Source of the DNA: Alphaproteobacteria bacterium
GTDB lineage: Bacteria > Pseudomonadota > Alphaproteobacteria > M2410
Assembly: GCA_006226415.1 (NCBI GenBank)
Contig: SBGZ01000025.1
Location: 13,186 to 77,185, forward strand
Reading direction: 5' to 3'
DNA length: 64,000 nucleotides
Notes under the pieces: model-generated
Databases searched by the model: none
Seen by the model: the letters and a program-made list of their open reading frames with translations, nothing else
What the model was told of the DNA's origin: nothing
Program-made: the position numbers and the translations under genes
Part shown: positions 30,760-40,251 of the stretch, piece by piece
How positions within the stretch are numbered: the stretch's first letter is position 1
Layout of the letters: each line of letters opens with the position of its first letter

Positions 30760-31830
30760 CTACTTAGCCAGAGACCGGCCTGCGGAGCCGAGGTCTTGGA
30801 AGGCCTCTTCAAGGCGGGCAATGAAGCCTTCTTCGCCTGCGCGCAGCCATTTGCGTGGGTCATATTGCTTTTTGTAGGGCGTGCCATCTTCTGGGTCGAT
30901 CTGGTATTTAAACGCCTTCGGGTGGGTGTCCACATAGTCGCCGACCGGCTTGGAAAAGGCGAACTGAGTATCTGTATCGATGTTCATCTTGAAGACGCCG
31001 TAAGAAATCGCTTCTGTGATTTTGTCTTTTTCTGAGCCTGAGCCGCCATGAAAGACAAGGCTGAGTGGCTTGTCGCCCGTCTTGTGGGTTGAGGTTACAA
31101 GGTCCTGAGAACCTTTCAGAATTTCGGGGCGCAGCTTCACGTTGCCGGGCTTGTAAACCCCATGCACATTGCCGAAGGAGGCCGCCACGGAGAAATGTCC
31201 GATGGGGGTCAACAGGTCATAGGCCTGCAACACGTCTGCGGGCTGCGTGTAAAGCTTGGAGTTATCCGCGTGATCATGGTCGATGTCAGTACCCACGCCG
31301 TCCTCTTCACCGCCGGTGACGCCGAGTTCGATTTCCAGGCTCATCTTCATCGGCGCCATCCGCTCCAGCATGCGCGCGCACTCGCTGAGATTATCCTCAA
31401 TGCTCTCTTCTGAAAGGTCGAGCATGTGCGAGGTATAGAGCGCCTTGCCGGTTCTCTTAAAATGCGCTTCAGAAAAATCGACCAACTTGTCGACCCAGGG
31501 AACCAGCTTGCGATTGGCGTGATCGGTATGCAGCACGACACAGACACCATAGTGTTCAGCAAGGAGGTGGACATGTTGCGCAGCTGAAACGGCGCCGAGA
31601 ACTTTCGCCATGTCGCCATCGGGCATGCCTTGCCCGGCAAAGAACTGCGCACCGCCATTGGAGAACTGGATGATGACATCCGTATTGTTCTTGGCTGCGG
31701 CCTCCAGAGCCGCATTCACGGAGTTGGTGCCAACACAGTTGACAGCGGCCAGCGCATAGCCACCGGATTTGCACGCATCTACGAGTTCAAAATAGTCTTC
31801 GCCTGTGACCACGCCGGGTTTGAGAGCCAT
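30760..31830 (-). CDS. fbaA: fructose-bisphosphate aldolase class II
   Basis: 356 aa; class II FBA signatures (HTDHANRKL, HGGSGS). Confidence 0.95.
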   Translation of the reverse strand: MALKPGVVTGEDYFELVDACKSGGYALAAVNCVGTNSVNAALEAAAKNNTDVIIQFSNGGAQFFAGQGMPDGDMAKVLGAVSAAQHVHLLAEHYGVCVVLHTDHANRKLVPWVDKLVDFSEAHFKRTGKALYTSHMLDLSEESIEDNLSECARMLERMAPMKMSLEIELGVTGGEEDGVGTDIDHDHADNSKLYTQPADVLQAYDLLTPIGHFSVAASFGNVHGVYKPGNVKLRPEILKGSQDLVTSTHKTGDKPLSLVFHGGSGSEKDKITEAISYGVFKMNIDTDTQFAFSKPVGDYVDTHPKAFKYQIDPEDGTPYKKQYDPRKWLRAGEEGFIARLEEAFQDLGSAGRSLAK

Positions 31831-32032
31831 TTTCTTTACATCCTGAAATTACATGAGGGATCAGATCTTCTAGCCGCCAAAATGGCAGATTAGAGCCCAT
31901 TCTCCAAGACCCCCGAGGGAGATTCTTCTCAGAAAAATTGCCGCACTTGCCATTCTCGGAGCGATCTGGGAACATTTTGCCACGAGGCGGTGCGAAGACA
32001 CCGCGAGAACCCAAGGGCAGGAGATCGCAAGA

Positions 32033-32887
32033 ATGGCACAAGCAGCAATGGACAAGAGTTCCGTCTTCGAGGTGGAGCATCTCACCCCAACTATCGGATC
32101 TGTGATTCGCGGGATTGACCTGGCGCGCGCTCAGACCCTGGACGAGATCGATTTCATTCGACAGGCGCTATTGGACCGCAAGGTGATTTTCTTTCGTGAT
32201 CAGGACATCACAACCGAGCAGCATCTGAACTTCGCGCGCAATTTCGGTGAACTCGAAGTTCACCCCTTCGCGCCGCACAAAGATGGCTATCCGGAAGTGC
32301 TGGCCATCACCCATGACAAGGATCATCCAGGGCGCGAAAATACCTGGCACTCGGATGTGACCTGGCGACTTGAGCCCTCTCTCGGGTCTGTCCTGCGCCT
32401 TCTGGAGGTGCCGGACGTGGGCGGCGACACGCTCTTCGCGGATATGGAAGCGGCCTATGAAAACCTTCCTGATGAGATTAAGGAGCGCGTTGAAGGCCGC
32501 GTGGCCGTGCATGATTTTGCCCATTTTCGCAAGCAGATGAAAAAGCGCGGGCTGACGCCGCAGCAGATCGAAGAGATGAATGAAAAATATCCCATGGTCG
32601 AGCACCCGGTGATCCGCACCCATCCGGAAACGGGCCGTAAAAGCATCTATGTGAACGCCGCCTTTACTCAGTACATCAAGGACGTCGATGAATTTGAAAG
32701 CGCTGAGCTTTTGAAAGCGCTCTATGCGACGGCGGCAACTCCGGAATATCAGTGCCGCTTCCGCTGGGCAAAGAACTCAGTCGCCTTCTGGGATAACCGT
32801 TCGTGCCAGCATTACGCCGCATCCGACTATTGGCCGCATAGACGGATCGCTGAGCGGGTGACGATTATCGGTGATCGGCCGCGGTAA
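32033..32887 (+). CDS. TauD/TfdA-family Fe(II)/2-oxoglutarate dioxygenase
   Basis: HxD...H facial triad context (TWHSDVTW, VAVHDFAHFRK). Confidence 0.85.
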   Translation: MAQAAMDKSSVFEVEHLTPTIGSVIRGIDLARAQTLDEIDFIRQALLDRKVIFFRDQDITTEQHLNFARNFGELEVHPFAPHKDGYPEVLAITHDKDHPGRENTWHSDVTWRLEPSLGSVLRLLEVPDVGGDTLFADMEAAYENLPDEIKERVEGRVAVHDFAHFRKQMKKRGLTPQQIEEMNEKYPMVEHPVIRTHPETGRKSIYVNAAFTQYIKDVDEFESAELLKALYATAATPEYQCRFRWAKNSVAFWDNRSCQHYAASDYWPHRRIAERVTIIGDRPR

Positions 32888-32890
32888 TTA

Positions 32891-33000
32891 GCACCTCTCC
32901 CTTGGGGAGAGGTCGAAAGCGCGAGGCGGTTTCGGGTGAGGGGTCGACCCCTCATCCGGCTCGCAGGACGCTCGCCACCTTCTCCCCAAGGAGAAGGAAA
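32891..33000. repeat. REP-like cluster of three tandem hairpins
   Basis: Hairpin 1: CCTCTCCC-ttg-GGGAGAGG (32894-32912). Hairpin 2: TGAGGGGTCGACCCCTCA (32937-32954). Hairpin 3: CCTTCTCC-ccaa-GGAGAAGG (32978-32997). Located in the convergent tauD/atpF intergenic region. Confidence 0.5.
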
Positions 33001-33045
33001 TTTATTGGGCCAATGCCTTCGAGAAGGTATCGATGCCATGAAAAA

Positions 33046-33073
33046 AGCCCCGCTCAAATGAACGGGGCTTTTC
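33046..33073 (-). terminator. intrinsic terminator of the F0 operon (bidirectional: A6-hairpin-T4)
   Basis: aaaaaAGCCCCGctcaaatgaaCGGGGCTtttc, 25 nt beyond the atpF stop on the minus strand. Confidence 0.65.
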
Positions 33074-33097
33074 AATGCGTGTGATGCCAAAGGCGCC

Positions 33098-33601
33098 TTA
33101 GTGCAGCTTGCCTTTGAGACCCTCAATGCTTTCTTTGACCAGAGCATCGGCTTTATCGCCGCCAACTTTGTCCGCAATGACGCGGGTTGCCGCTGCAATA
33201 GCCACATCCGCGGCCACGCCGCGCACTTCGTTGAGAGCCTGAACTTCTGCGCTGGAGATTTTTTGCTCAGCCATGGCCGTGCGGCGGTCAATCTGCTCAG
33301 CAAGAGAAGCGGCAGCTTCTTTGGCCATCTGCTCGGCTTCATGGCGCGCTTGGGCGACCATTTCCTCAGCCTCCTTCTCGGCTTCCGCTTGCTTGCGCTC
33401 GTAGGAGGCCAGCAAAGCCTGCGCCTCTTCGCGCAGGTTGCGGGCATCTTCGATTTCCTTGCGAATGCCTTCGGCCCGGTCATCCAACATGGCGGCCACT
33501 TTTTTGTGAGCGCCGATGTAGAAAACACCGCCAAGGAAGAAAAACAGGGCAATAGCGACCCAGAAGGTGGCATGGCTAAGTTCGCTGATCAGGAATTCCA
33601 T
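33098..33601 (-). CDS. atpF: ATP synthase F0 subunit b
   Basis: Single N-terminal TM followed by a long A/E/K-rich coiled coil. Confidence 0.9.
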   Translation of the reverse strand: MEFLISELSHATFWVAIALFFFLGGVFYIGAHKKVAAMLDDRAEGIRKEIEDARNLREEAQALLASYERKQAEAEKEAEEMVAQARHEAEQMAKEAAASLAEQIDRRTAMAEQKISSAEVQALNEVRGVAADVAIAAATRVIADKVGGDKADALVKESIEGLKGKLH

Positions 33602-33606
33602 GGGGT

Positions 33607-34221
33607 TTATCCTTTCCGCGCACTGAGTTCGGCATCAACAGCGGCTTGAATGGCCCCCGCATCCGCAGTTTCGCCAATCAGATGTTCTACCACCACCGCT
33701 GCGGTTTCATTAGCCACATCTTTGATGGAGGCCAGAGCGCTTTCCTTCGTCTCCGCGATCTTGGCATCTGCTTCCGCCAGTTTGCTGGAAAGCTCCGCCT
33801 CGACCGCCGCCTTACGGGCGTCCGACTCAGCAGTGAGGCGCTCACGGGTCTCGTTGGCCAGCGTGTGGGCTTTAGCCCGCGCATCCGCCAAGGCACCTTC
33901 ATAAGCTTCCAAGGCTTTTTCAGACTTGGATTGCAGGTCGGCGGCTTTGTCCAGATCGCTTGCGATCCGGTCCCGCCGCTCTTCGATCACTTGCCCGATT
34001 TTCGGCAGAACAGCGCGCGAAAGGAACAGGTAAAGGAACGTGAAGGTAATCGCGAGCCAGAACACCTGCGACGCATAGGTCGAAGTGTCCATTTGCGGCA
34101 GACCGCCACCTTCGTGACCGCCGGCCTCATGGCCAACTTCGGCATGGGTTGCCTCACCCCCACCGTGACCGTTTTCAGTCTCAGCGGCAAAAGCAACAAG
34201 ATCTTGCATATCAGCTTTCAT
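33607..34221 (-). CDS. atpG: ATP synthase F0 subunit b' with His/Gly-rich N-terminal extension
   Basis: b-type fold (TM plus coiled coil) second copy, as in alphaproteobacterial atpIBEF'F operons. N-terminus carries ENGHGGGEATHAEVGHEAGGHEGGG. Confidence 0.88.
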   Translation of the reverse strand: MKADMQDLVAFAAETENGHGGGEATHAEVGHEAGGHEGGGLPQMDTSTYASQVFWLAITFTFLYLFLSRAVLPKIGQVIEERRDRIASDLDKAADLQSKSEKALEAYEGALADARAKAHTLANETRERLTAESDARKAAVEAELSSKLAEADAKIAETKESALASIKDVANETAAVVVEHLIGETADAGAIQAAVDAELSARKG

Positions 34222-34315
34222 ATCAAACCGACCTCGGACTTCGAAAAAAGCCCTGGCATAAATCTAAAGGTGGCGGATGTCGCCATCCGCCCGAGGAGTG
34301 GATGTTATCCCGGGA

Positions 34316-34540
34316 TTATGCGCCCAGGATAACAAAGGCCATCACAAGGCCAAACAGACCGGTTGCTTCAGCCAGCGCGAAGCCAATGTAAACCATGGCT
34401 TGGAATTGCGGGGCTGCAGAAGGGTTACGCAGCGCACCTTGCAAGAAGCTACCAAAGATGAGGCCAATACCAACACCGGCACCTGCCAGTGCGATTGCGG
34501 CAAGACCTGCACCAATCATTTTTGCTGCTTCGACTTCCAT
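34316..34540 (-). CDS. atpE: ATP synthase F0 subunit c
   Basis: 74-aa hairpin proteolipid with conserved carboxylate (FALAEATGLFG). Confidence 0.95.
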   Translation of the reverse strand: MEVEAAKMIGAGLAAIALAGAGVGIGLIFGSFLQGALRNPSAAPQFQAMVYIGFALAEATGLFGLVMAFVILGA

Positions 34541-34601
34541 GTTCTTATCTCCTGTTAAATCAATGAACGTTTGGAATTAATAATGAACTCGATCCTTGGC
34601 C

Positions 34602-35360
34602 TTAGTGGCTTGGGTGAATTGCATCATTCAAATAGATGCAGGTCAGGATCGAGAAGATAAAGGCTTGAAGGAAGGCCACCAGAAACTCGAGGCCAATCAG
34701 GGCCGTGGCCATCGCCAGCGGAACAATGGCGCCCAGCATGGCGAGCCCGCCGACAGATCCAATGCTGACAACAAAGCCAGCAAAAACTTTGAGAACCGTG
34801 TGACCGGCCAGCATATTGGCAAAAAGCCGAACCGAAAGGCTGATCGGGCGTGACAGAAATGAAATCACCTCAATCGGCACCATGATCGGCGCCATCCACC
34901 ACGGCACACCGGATGGCAGGAACAGCCCAAAGAATTTAAAGCCGTTTCTGAGCAGACCATACACCAGGACGATGGTGATGATCACCGCTGCCAGGGCAAA
35001 GGTTACAATGATGTGGCTGGTAACCGTGAAGGAGTAGGGGATCATTCCCAGCATGTTACAGGACAACACGAAGGTGAAGACCGTAAACACAAACGGGAAG
35101 AACTTCATGCCTTCTGTGCCCGCATTATCACGCACCATATTGGAAATGAACTCGTAACAGAGCTCCGCAACTGATTGCATGCGGCCAGGGATCAAGGCGC
35201 GGCCCGACATGGCCGACATCATGAACAATGAAACAGTTGCAACTGCGGCAACCATCCAAAGAGAAGAATTTGTAAAGGAAAGATCAAGGCCACCGATCTG
35301 GAAATCAGCGATTTTGTTGATCACAAACTGATGCATCGGATCGTTTGCGTTCTCAGCCAC
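34602..35360 (-). CDS. atpB: ATP synthase F0 subunit a
   Basis: Essential Arg region LSLSVRLFANMLAGH; 5-6 TM helices. Confidence 0.95.
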   Translation of the reverse strand: MAENANDPMHQFVINKIADFQIGGLDLSFTNSSLWMVAAVATVSLFMMSAMSGRALIPGRMQSVAELCYEFISNMVRDNAGTEGMKFFPFVFTVFTFVLSCNMLGMIPYSFTVTSHIIVTFALAAVIITIVLVYGLLRNGFKFFGLFLPSGVPWWMAPIMVPIEVISFLSRPISLSVRLFANMLAGHTVLKVFAGFVVSIGSVGGLAMLGAIVPLAMATALIGLEFLVAFLQAFIFSILTCIYLNDAIHPSH

Positions 35361-35374
35361 GTCAGGCTCCCAAT

Positions 35375-35782
35375 CTAGTCGTCTTCGTCGTCAACGGCTG
35401 GCCCGTCCAGCTTGTTGCCCGGCGAAAGGGTCTCACTTTGTGCCATCCGGATCACATTCATAAATCCGGCAGCGGTTCCCAGCATGAAGAACACTAGCAA
35501 CAGCCACGGTTGGGTCCCCAGCCAGCGATCCAGAAAAAATCCGATCCCTGCGCCCACAAAAACCGCCACCACCAATTCGATGCCGATCCGAAGGGCTACG
35601 CCGAGGCCATTATTGGGCAGACTATCTGCCCTTTGCCTGTGCTCTTCTTCGGCTGCCTCTCCCTTGCGTGCCTCGCGGAGGCGTTTCCCAAGTCGTTTAA
35701 GGTCTTCGTGCTCATCAGAGAAGCTATCTCTGGAGCTGAAGTCGCCAAACTTGCGGGAGGATTTCCGGTCAGTCATGACCAC
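35375..35782 (-). CDS. atpI: ATP synthase protein I (AtpI/AtpZ-like)
   Basis: Small 2-TM protein, first gene of the F0 operon (VALRIGIELVVAVFVGAGIGFFLD). Confidence 0.75.
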   Translation of the reverse strand: MVMTDRKSSRKFGDFSSRDSFSDEHEDLKRLGKRLREARKGEAAEEEHRQRADSLPNNGLGVALRIGIELVVAVFVGAGIGFFLDRWLGTQPWLLLVFFMLGTAAGFMNVIRMAQSETLSPGNKLDGPAVDDEDD

Positions 35783-35935
35783 CCCAATCGCGAGGAAACA
35801 AGGGCTTAGCGGGCTGCCGAGCCGCGCGCAACATAGGGAGGGGTCACACCCCTGTCAAGCGGCAATGGATGATATCTAACCCATTGTTTTTTATGGAGTT
35901 TATAGAGGTCATTTGCCGCAGTGCAACAAAGACCT

Positions 35936-38900
35936 CTATTCAGCTGCCTGGATTCGCTCTGCGTCCGACAAATCGACCGAAACAAGCTGGCTCACGCCGC
36001 GCTCCATCATGGTCACCCCATAGAGACGATTCATGCGGGACATAGTGAGGGCATGGTGGGTGATAACCAGGAAGCGGGTGTCCGTTGTCCGGGTCATTTC
36101 ATCCAGCAAATTGCAGAACCGGTCCACATTGGCATCGTCCAGCGGCGCGTCCACCTCGTCGAGTACGCAAATGGGGGCCGGATTGGCCTGGAACACGGCA
36201 AAAATCAGCGAAACCGCGGTCAGCGCCTGCTCACCCCCCGAGAGGAGCGACATGACTTGGGTCTTCTTGCCCGGCGGCTTGGCATAAATTTCAAGGCCGG
36301 CTTCAAGCGGGTCTTCCGATTCCACCATCTTCAGTTCGGCCTCGCCGCCGACGAAAAGGGTCTTAAAGAGGGTTTGGAAGTTCTGATTGACCGTCTCAAA
36401 AGCCGCCAGAAGGCGTTCACGGCCTTCCCGGTTGAGGTTTGAGATGCCCTGACGCAGCCGCTGAATGGCGCCCACCAGATCATCACGTTCGGCGTTCATG
36501 GAATCGAGGCGCTCTTGGTATTCCTCCGCCTCTTCATCGGCCCGCAGGTTCACCCCGCCAAGACTTTCCCGCTCGCGCTTGAGTTTTTCAAGCTTGACCT
36601 CGGTCTTTTCAAGCGGCGGTAGCTCATCGCCGTCATTGATTTCGGCAATGATCGCCACATCTTCGGGCAGACAATCGAGCACTTCACGAATGCGCTCCAT
36701 CACCTCGTTTTGCCGGTCATGGGCGCCCTCAATCTGGGCTTCACAGCGCGCGCGCACTTCGCGCACTTCGCCGAGCGAGGTTTGTGCCTCCTTGGCTGCC
36801 TGATCACATTGCCGCAGGAAGGCCTCCGCCTCAGCCAGCATATCGGCGGCGGCATTGCGCTTTTGTTCTGCTTCCTGAATGCGGGAGAGCAGCTCTGTGC
36901 GCATGCCCTCCAGAGACGCCGGAATAGAGCGGACCTGTTCCAGGTTGGTGATCAGCTCAACACGCCGCGCTTCCAGTGTTTCGATCTGCTCCATGGCGCT
37001 TGATTTGCGGCCTTCCCAGTTGCTCAGCTCCTGCCCAACAGTGGCAAGGCGGCTGGTGCGCAGCTGGCGCTCGCGATCAAAGCCCTCAAAGGTGGCGCGT
37101 TTTTCTGAATAGGCCAGACGCAGATCCGAAACCACCTCGCGGGTTTCGCTGATACGGGATTGGAGCTCTTCCGGATCGGGTTGTTCTGCCAATGCCTGGC
37201 GCGCATCTTCGCGCCGCCGAAGGGTCTCGGCGATGTCATTCTCAATTTCAGCAAGAGATTCCTGTAAAGCCGTCAACCGCGACGAGTTCCGTTCAACCTC
37301 GGTCTCAATGGTCTGGGCCTTGTCGCGCATTTCGCTGTGGGTGCCTTGCGCCTCGCGAAGGACCTTTCGCAGAGCCCCTTCTTTTTCAGCCGCTTGTTCG
37401 GCCTGTTGGCGCGCGGTGTGGTAGGCCTCACGGGTCGCGCGGGCCTTTGCCTCGGCTACGCTAATCTCTTCGTCCAGCTCGGCCAGACGGTTGCGCTGGG
37501 CAAGACGTGTGGCCGCCGCTGTCGGCGCTTCAGCCGCCGCGGTGAGCCCGTCCCAACGCCACAGATCGCCGTCCTCGCTGACAAGGCGTTGGCCTTGTTT
37601 CAGATCCCGTTGTTTGGCGCCACCTTCAGCTTTTGAAACCAGGCCAATCTGACTAAGCCGACGCGCCAGCGCTTGCGGACCTTTGACGACATCTGACAAA
37701 GGCCGAACCCCGGCAGGTAGTGGCAGGGAGCTGTCAAGCGGCGGCAGGGTATCCCAGTGAATAGGCGCCGCCGTGTCCGAGGGAATATCCAGATCGTCCC
37801 CAAGCGCCGCGCCAAGCGCCTTTTCGAAACCCGGCTGAACCTCCACTGCATCAATCAAAGGCGGCCAAAGACCGCTCTCTTCGACCTGCAGAACGCGCGC
37901 CAGGGTTTTGGCTTCTGTGCGCAACCGATTGACCACGCTTTCCGCGTCCTGCATCGGATCGCGCGCCATGGCTTCGTGGTTTTGTGCCGCGCCTCGCGCC
38001 GCCTCAGCTTCAACCAACTGCCGCTCAGCCGCTTCAACTTCCGTGCGGGCGGCGGTAACACTTGCGCGCGCCTCTTCCAGTTTTTGAGCGTCTTCCGGTG
38101 ACGGTTCAAGCGCGGCGATGTTCTGGCGGATCTCAGCCAGCCGCTGCGACAAACGCTGTTCGCGCGATTGGGCTTCCTCAAGTGACTTTTCGATAGCGTT
38201 GCGCTGTGTGTTGAGCTGCGCCGCCACCGAGGTGAGGTTTTCCAGCTTGCCTTCCTCTTCGGAAAGCTCAGCGGCGGTTTCTTCAACCTGGGCCTTGGCC
38301 GCTTCGACACTGTCGCCACCCGCCTCAAGGGCAGCCTGCAATTCTTCAGCTTCCTGGCGCAAGCGGGTCACGGTTTGATCGGCATCTCCCGACAAGGCTT
38401 TTTCCCGCGTCATGTCTTGCTCAAGCTGCTCCAGCCGGGCTTCTAAACGAATAGCTTCTTCGCGGGCGCGGGTTTCTTCCGCTTCCAGATTTTCCCGCTC
38501 CACGGTCAAGCGGTGAAGGGCGGCAGCGGTGCGCGCTTCCTCTTCTCGGATCGGCGGCACAGCTTCGGACGCTTTGGCCTGCTCGGTTGAGGTTCGCGCC
38601 GCGATTTCGGTCATCTCGGCAACTGCCGCCTCGGATTCGGTGAGCCGTTTCTTGGCGTCGGCAACACCTTCAAGCGCGTGCAACCAGCGCAGGTGAAGAA
38701 CCGTGGCTTCCGCCTTGCGAATGTGACCGGAAAGATTGCGATAACGCGAAGCTTGCCGGGCTTGGCGCTTCAAACTCGACAGCTGACCCTCAATCTGTTG
38801 AATGACGTCTTCAAGCCGCGTGAGATTGGTTTCGGCGGCTTTAAGGCGCAACTCCGCCTCATGGCGCCGCGAATGCAGACCGGAAATACCTGCCGCTTCT

Positions 38901-39394
38901 TCAAGAATTTGCCGCCGCGCCTTGGGCTTGGCATTGATGAGCTGGCCAATCTGACCTTGTTTCACAAGCGCCGGAGAATGCGCGCCCGTTGAAGCATCGG
39001 CAAACAAAAGCTGAACATCGCGCGCACGCACATCCTTGCCGTTGATCTTGTAGGCAGAGCCGGCGTCCCGTTCAATTCGGCGCACGACCTCAAGGGCGTC
39101 TTGATCGTTATATTCCGCTGGCGCCGAGCGGTCTTTGTTGTCGAGCCAAAGGGTCACTTCCGCATTGTTGCGAGACGCGCGCCCGCTGGTGCCGGCAAAG
39201 ATCACGTCTTCCATGCCGGTGCCGCGCATGCTTTTGGGTGAGTTTTCGCCCATGACCCAGCGCAAGGCTTCCAGCAAATTGGATTTGCCGCAACCGTTCG
39301 GTCCAACAACACCCGTCAGACCTGGCTCAATCTGCAGATCCGTGGATTCCACAAAGGATTTAAAGCCGTGCAATCGAAGACGATCAAATTTCAC
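35936..39394 (-). CDS. smc: chromosome partition protein Smc
   Basis: 1152 aa. Walker A GPNGCGKSN, long coiled coils, hinge, C-terminal LSGGEQALTAVSLIFAVF signature and Walker B ICVLDEVDAPLD. Confidence 0.95.
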   Translation of the reverse strand: MKFDRLRLHGFKSFVESTDLQIEPGLTGVVGPNGCGKSNLLEALRWVMGENSPKSMRGTGMEDVIFAGTSGRASRNNAEVTLWLDNKDRSAPAEYNDQDALEVVRRIERDAGSAYKINGKDVRARDVQLLFADASTGAHSPALVKQGQIGQLINAKPKARRQILEEAAGISGLHSRRHEAELRLKAAETNLTRLEDVIQQIEGQLSSLKRQARQASRYRNLSGHIRKAEATVLHLRWLHALEGVADAKKRLTESEAAVAEMTEIAARTSTEQAKASEAVPPIREEEARTAAALHRLTVERENLEAEETRAREEAIRLEARLEQLEQDMTREKALSGDADQTVTRLRQEAEELQAALEAGGDSVEAAKAQVEETAAELSEEEGKLENLTSVAAQLNTQRNAIEKSLEEAQSREQRLSQRLAEIRQNIAALEPSPEDAQKLEEARASVTAARTEVEAAERQLVEAEAARGAAQNHEAMARDPMQDAESVVNRLRTEAKTLARVLQVEESGLWPPLIDAVEVQPGFEKALGAALGDDLDIPSDTAAPIHWDTLPPLDSSLPLPAGVRPLSDVVKGPQALARRLSQIGLVSKAEGGAKQRDLKQGQRLVSEDGDLWRWDGLTAAAEAPTAAATRLAQRNRLAELDEEISVAEAKARATREAYHTARQQAEQAAEKEGALRKVLREAQGTHSEMRDKAQTIETEVERNSSRLTALQESLAEIENDIAETLRRREDARQALAEQPDPEELQSRISETREVVSDLRLAYSEKRATFEGFDRERQLRTSRLATVGQELSNWEGRKSSAMEQIETLEARRVELITNLEQVRSIPASLEGMRTELLSRIQEAEQKRNAAADMLAEAEAFLRQCDQAAKEAQTSLGEVREVRARCEAQIEGAHDRQNEVMERIREVLDCLPEDVAIIAEINDGDELPPLEKTEVKLEKLKRERESLGGVNLRADEEAEEYQERLDSMNAERDDLVGAIQRLRQGISNLNREGRERLLAAFETVNQNFQTLFKTLFVGGEAELKMVESEDPLEAGLEIYAKPPGKKTQVMSLLSGGEQALTAVSLIFAVFQANPAPICVLDEVDAPLDDANVDRFCNLLDEMTRTTDTRFLVITHHALTMSRMNRLYGVTMMERGVSQLVSVDLSDAERIQAAE

Positions 39395-39485
39395 GTAAAG
39401 TGTCCTGCTCTAATTGGCCTCATAAATAGGCCGTACTTTTGGAGGGATGGAACGCCCAGACCTGTCGGTTGGTCGCATCTCCCCC

Positions 39486-40181
39486 TTAACCGGCAAAGTC
39501 AGCCATGATTCGGTCGAAGTCTTCCAGTGCTGCTTCCATGCTGCGAATCACAAACTTATTGCCGTTCACGTAGATCGCGGGCGTGGAGTTGACGTCATAG
39601 ACCTCAGTTGCTTCGTCGATGATGCCTTGCATCCAGGCAATATTGTCCTGATTGCGCGAGCACTGTTCGGCCGTCTCCGCCGTAATCAGGGCTTGCCTTG
39701 CAATCTTGTTGATGCCGGCGCGAGGACCTTGCGGCTCTTTCATCAGCCAGGCCAATTGGCTACGCAATAAAGCATCCGTTAGAGGCAATTGTTTGTCTTG
39801 CGGGGCACATTTGACCAGCAGCGCTGCATAGGTTGCCGCCGACACCATGCCCGGCGAGCCCACATTCGGGAACGGCCGCAGCACAAAACGCATCTTGCCG
39901 GTGTCGATGTATTTTTCTCTCAAAGTGGGAAAGACAATCTCATGAAACTCCGCGCAATGGGGGCAGGCAAAGGAGAAATATTCTACGACCGTGACAGGTG
40001 CATCCGCTTGCCCGATCACGAGGTCGTTTGCATCGATCTTGAAGGTATAGGCGCCTTCTACCACTTTGTCGTCACCACAGGCAGCGAGTGAGAAAGAGGC
40101 CAAAAGGACGAAGACGAGAGACTTGAAAAGCCGGGTCAGACGGGCGCCTTTAAGCAGGGTCAAAGATGTGGTTTCAATCAT
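39486..40181 (-). CDS. DsbA-family thiol:disulfide oxidoreductase, lipoprotein
   Basis: CPHC active site (FSFACPHCAEFHE); lipobox SLAAC. Confidence 0.85.
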   Translation of the reverse strand: MIETTSLTLLKGARLTRLFKSLVFVLLASFSLAACGDDKVVEGAYTFKIDANDLVIGQADAPVTVVEYFSFACPHCAEFHEIVFPTLREKYIDTGKMRFVLRPFPNVGSPGMVSAATYAALLVKCAPQDKQLPLTDALLRSQLAWLMKEPQGPRAGINKIARQALITAETAEQCSRNQDNIAWMQGIIDEATEVYDVNSTPAIYVNGNKFVIRSMEAALEDFDRIMADFAG

Positions 40182-40251
40182 GGGTTACGTCTCGCTTTCG
40201 CAATGTTTCAAAATGTCTCTTTTCAAGTCCGGGCGCCAGTTTAGCTTTATA

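Noticed and set aside
32827-34391. ORFs on both strands over atpF and atpF' (32827-33573, 33101-33649, 33646-34332 and others)
   Set aside because: Artefacts of A/E/K-rich coiled-coil coding sequence read in other frames.
35903-35938. Hairpin TAGAGGTC-N20-GACCTCTA overlapping the smc stop codon
   Set aside because: No U-tract on either strand, so not called a terminator. Noted only as a possible 3' stabilising stem.
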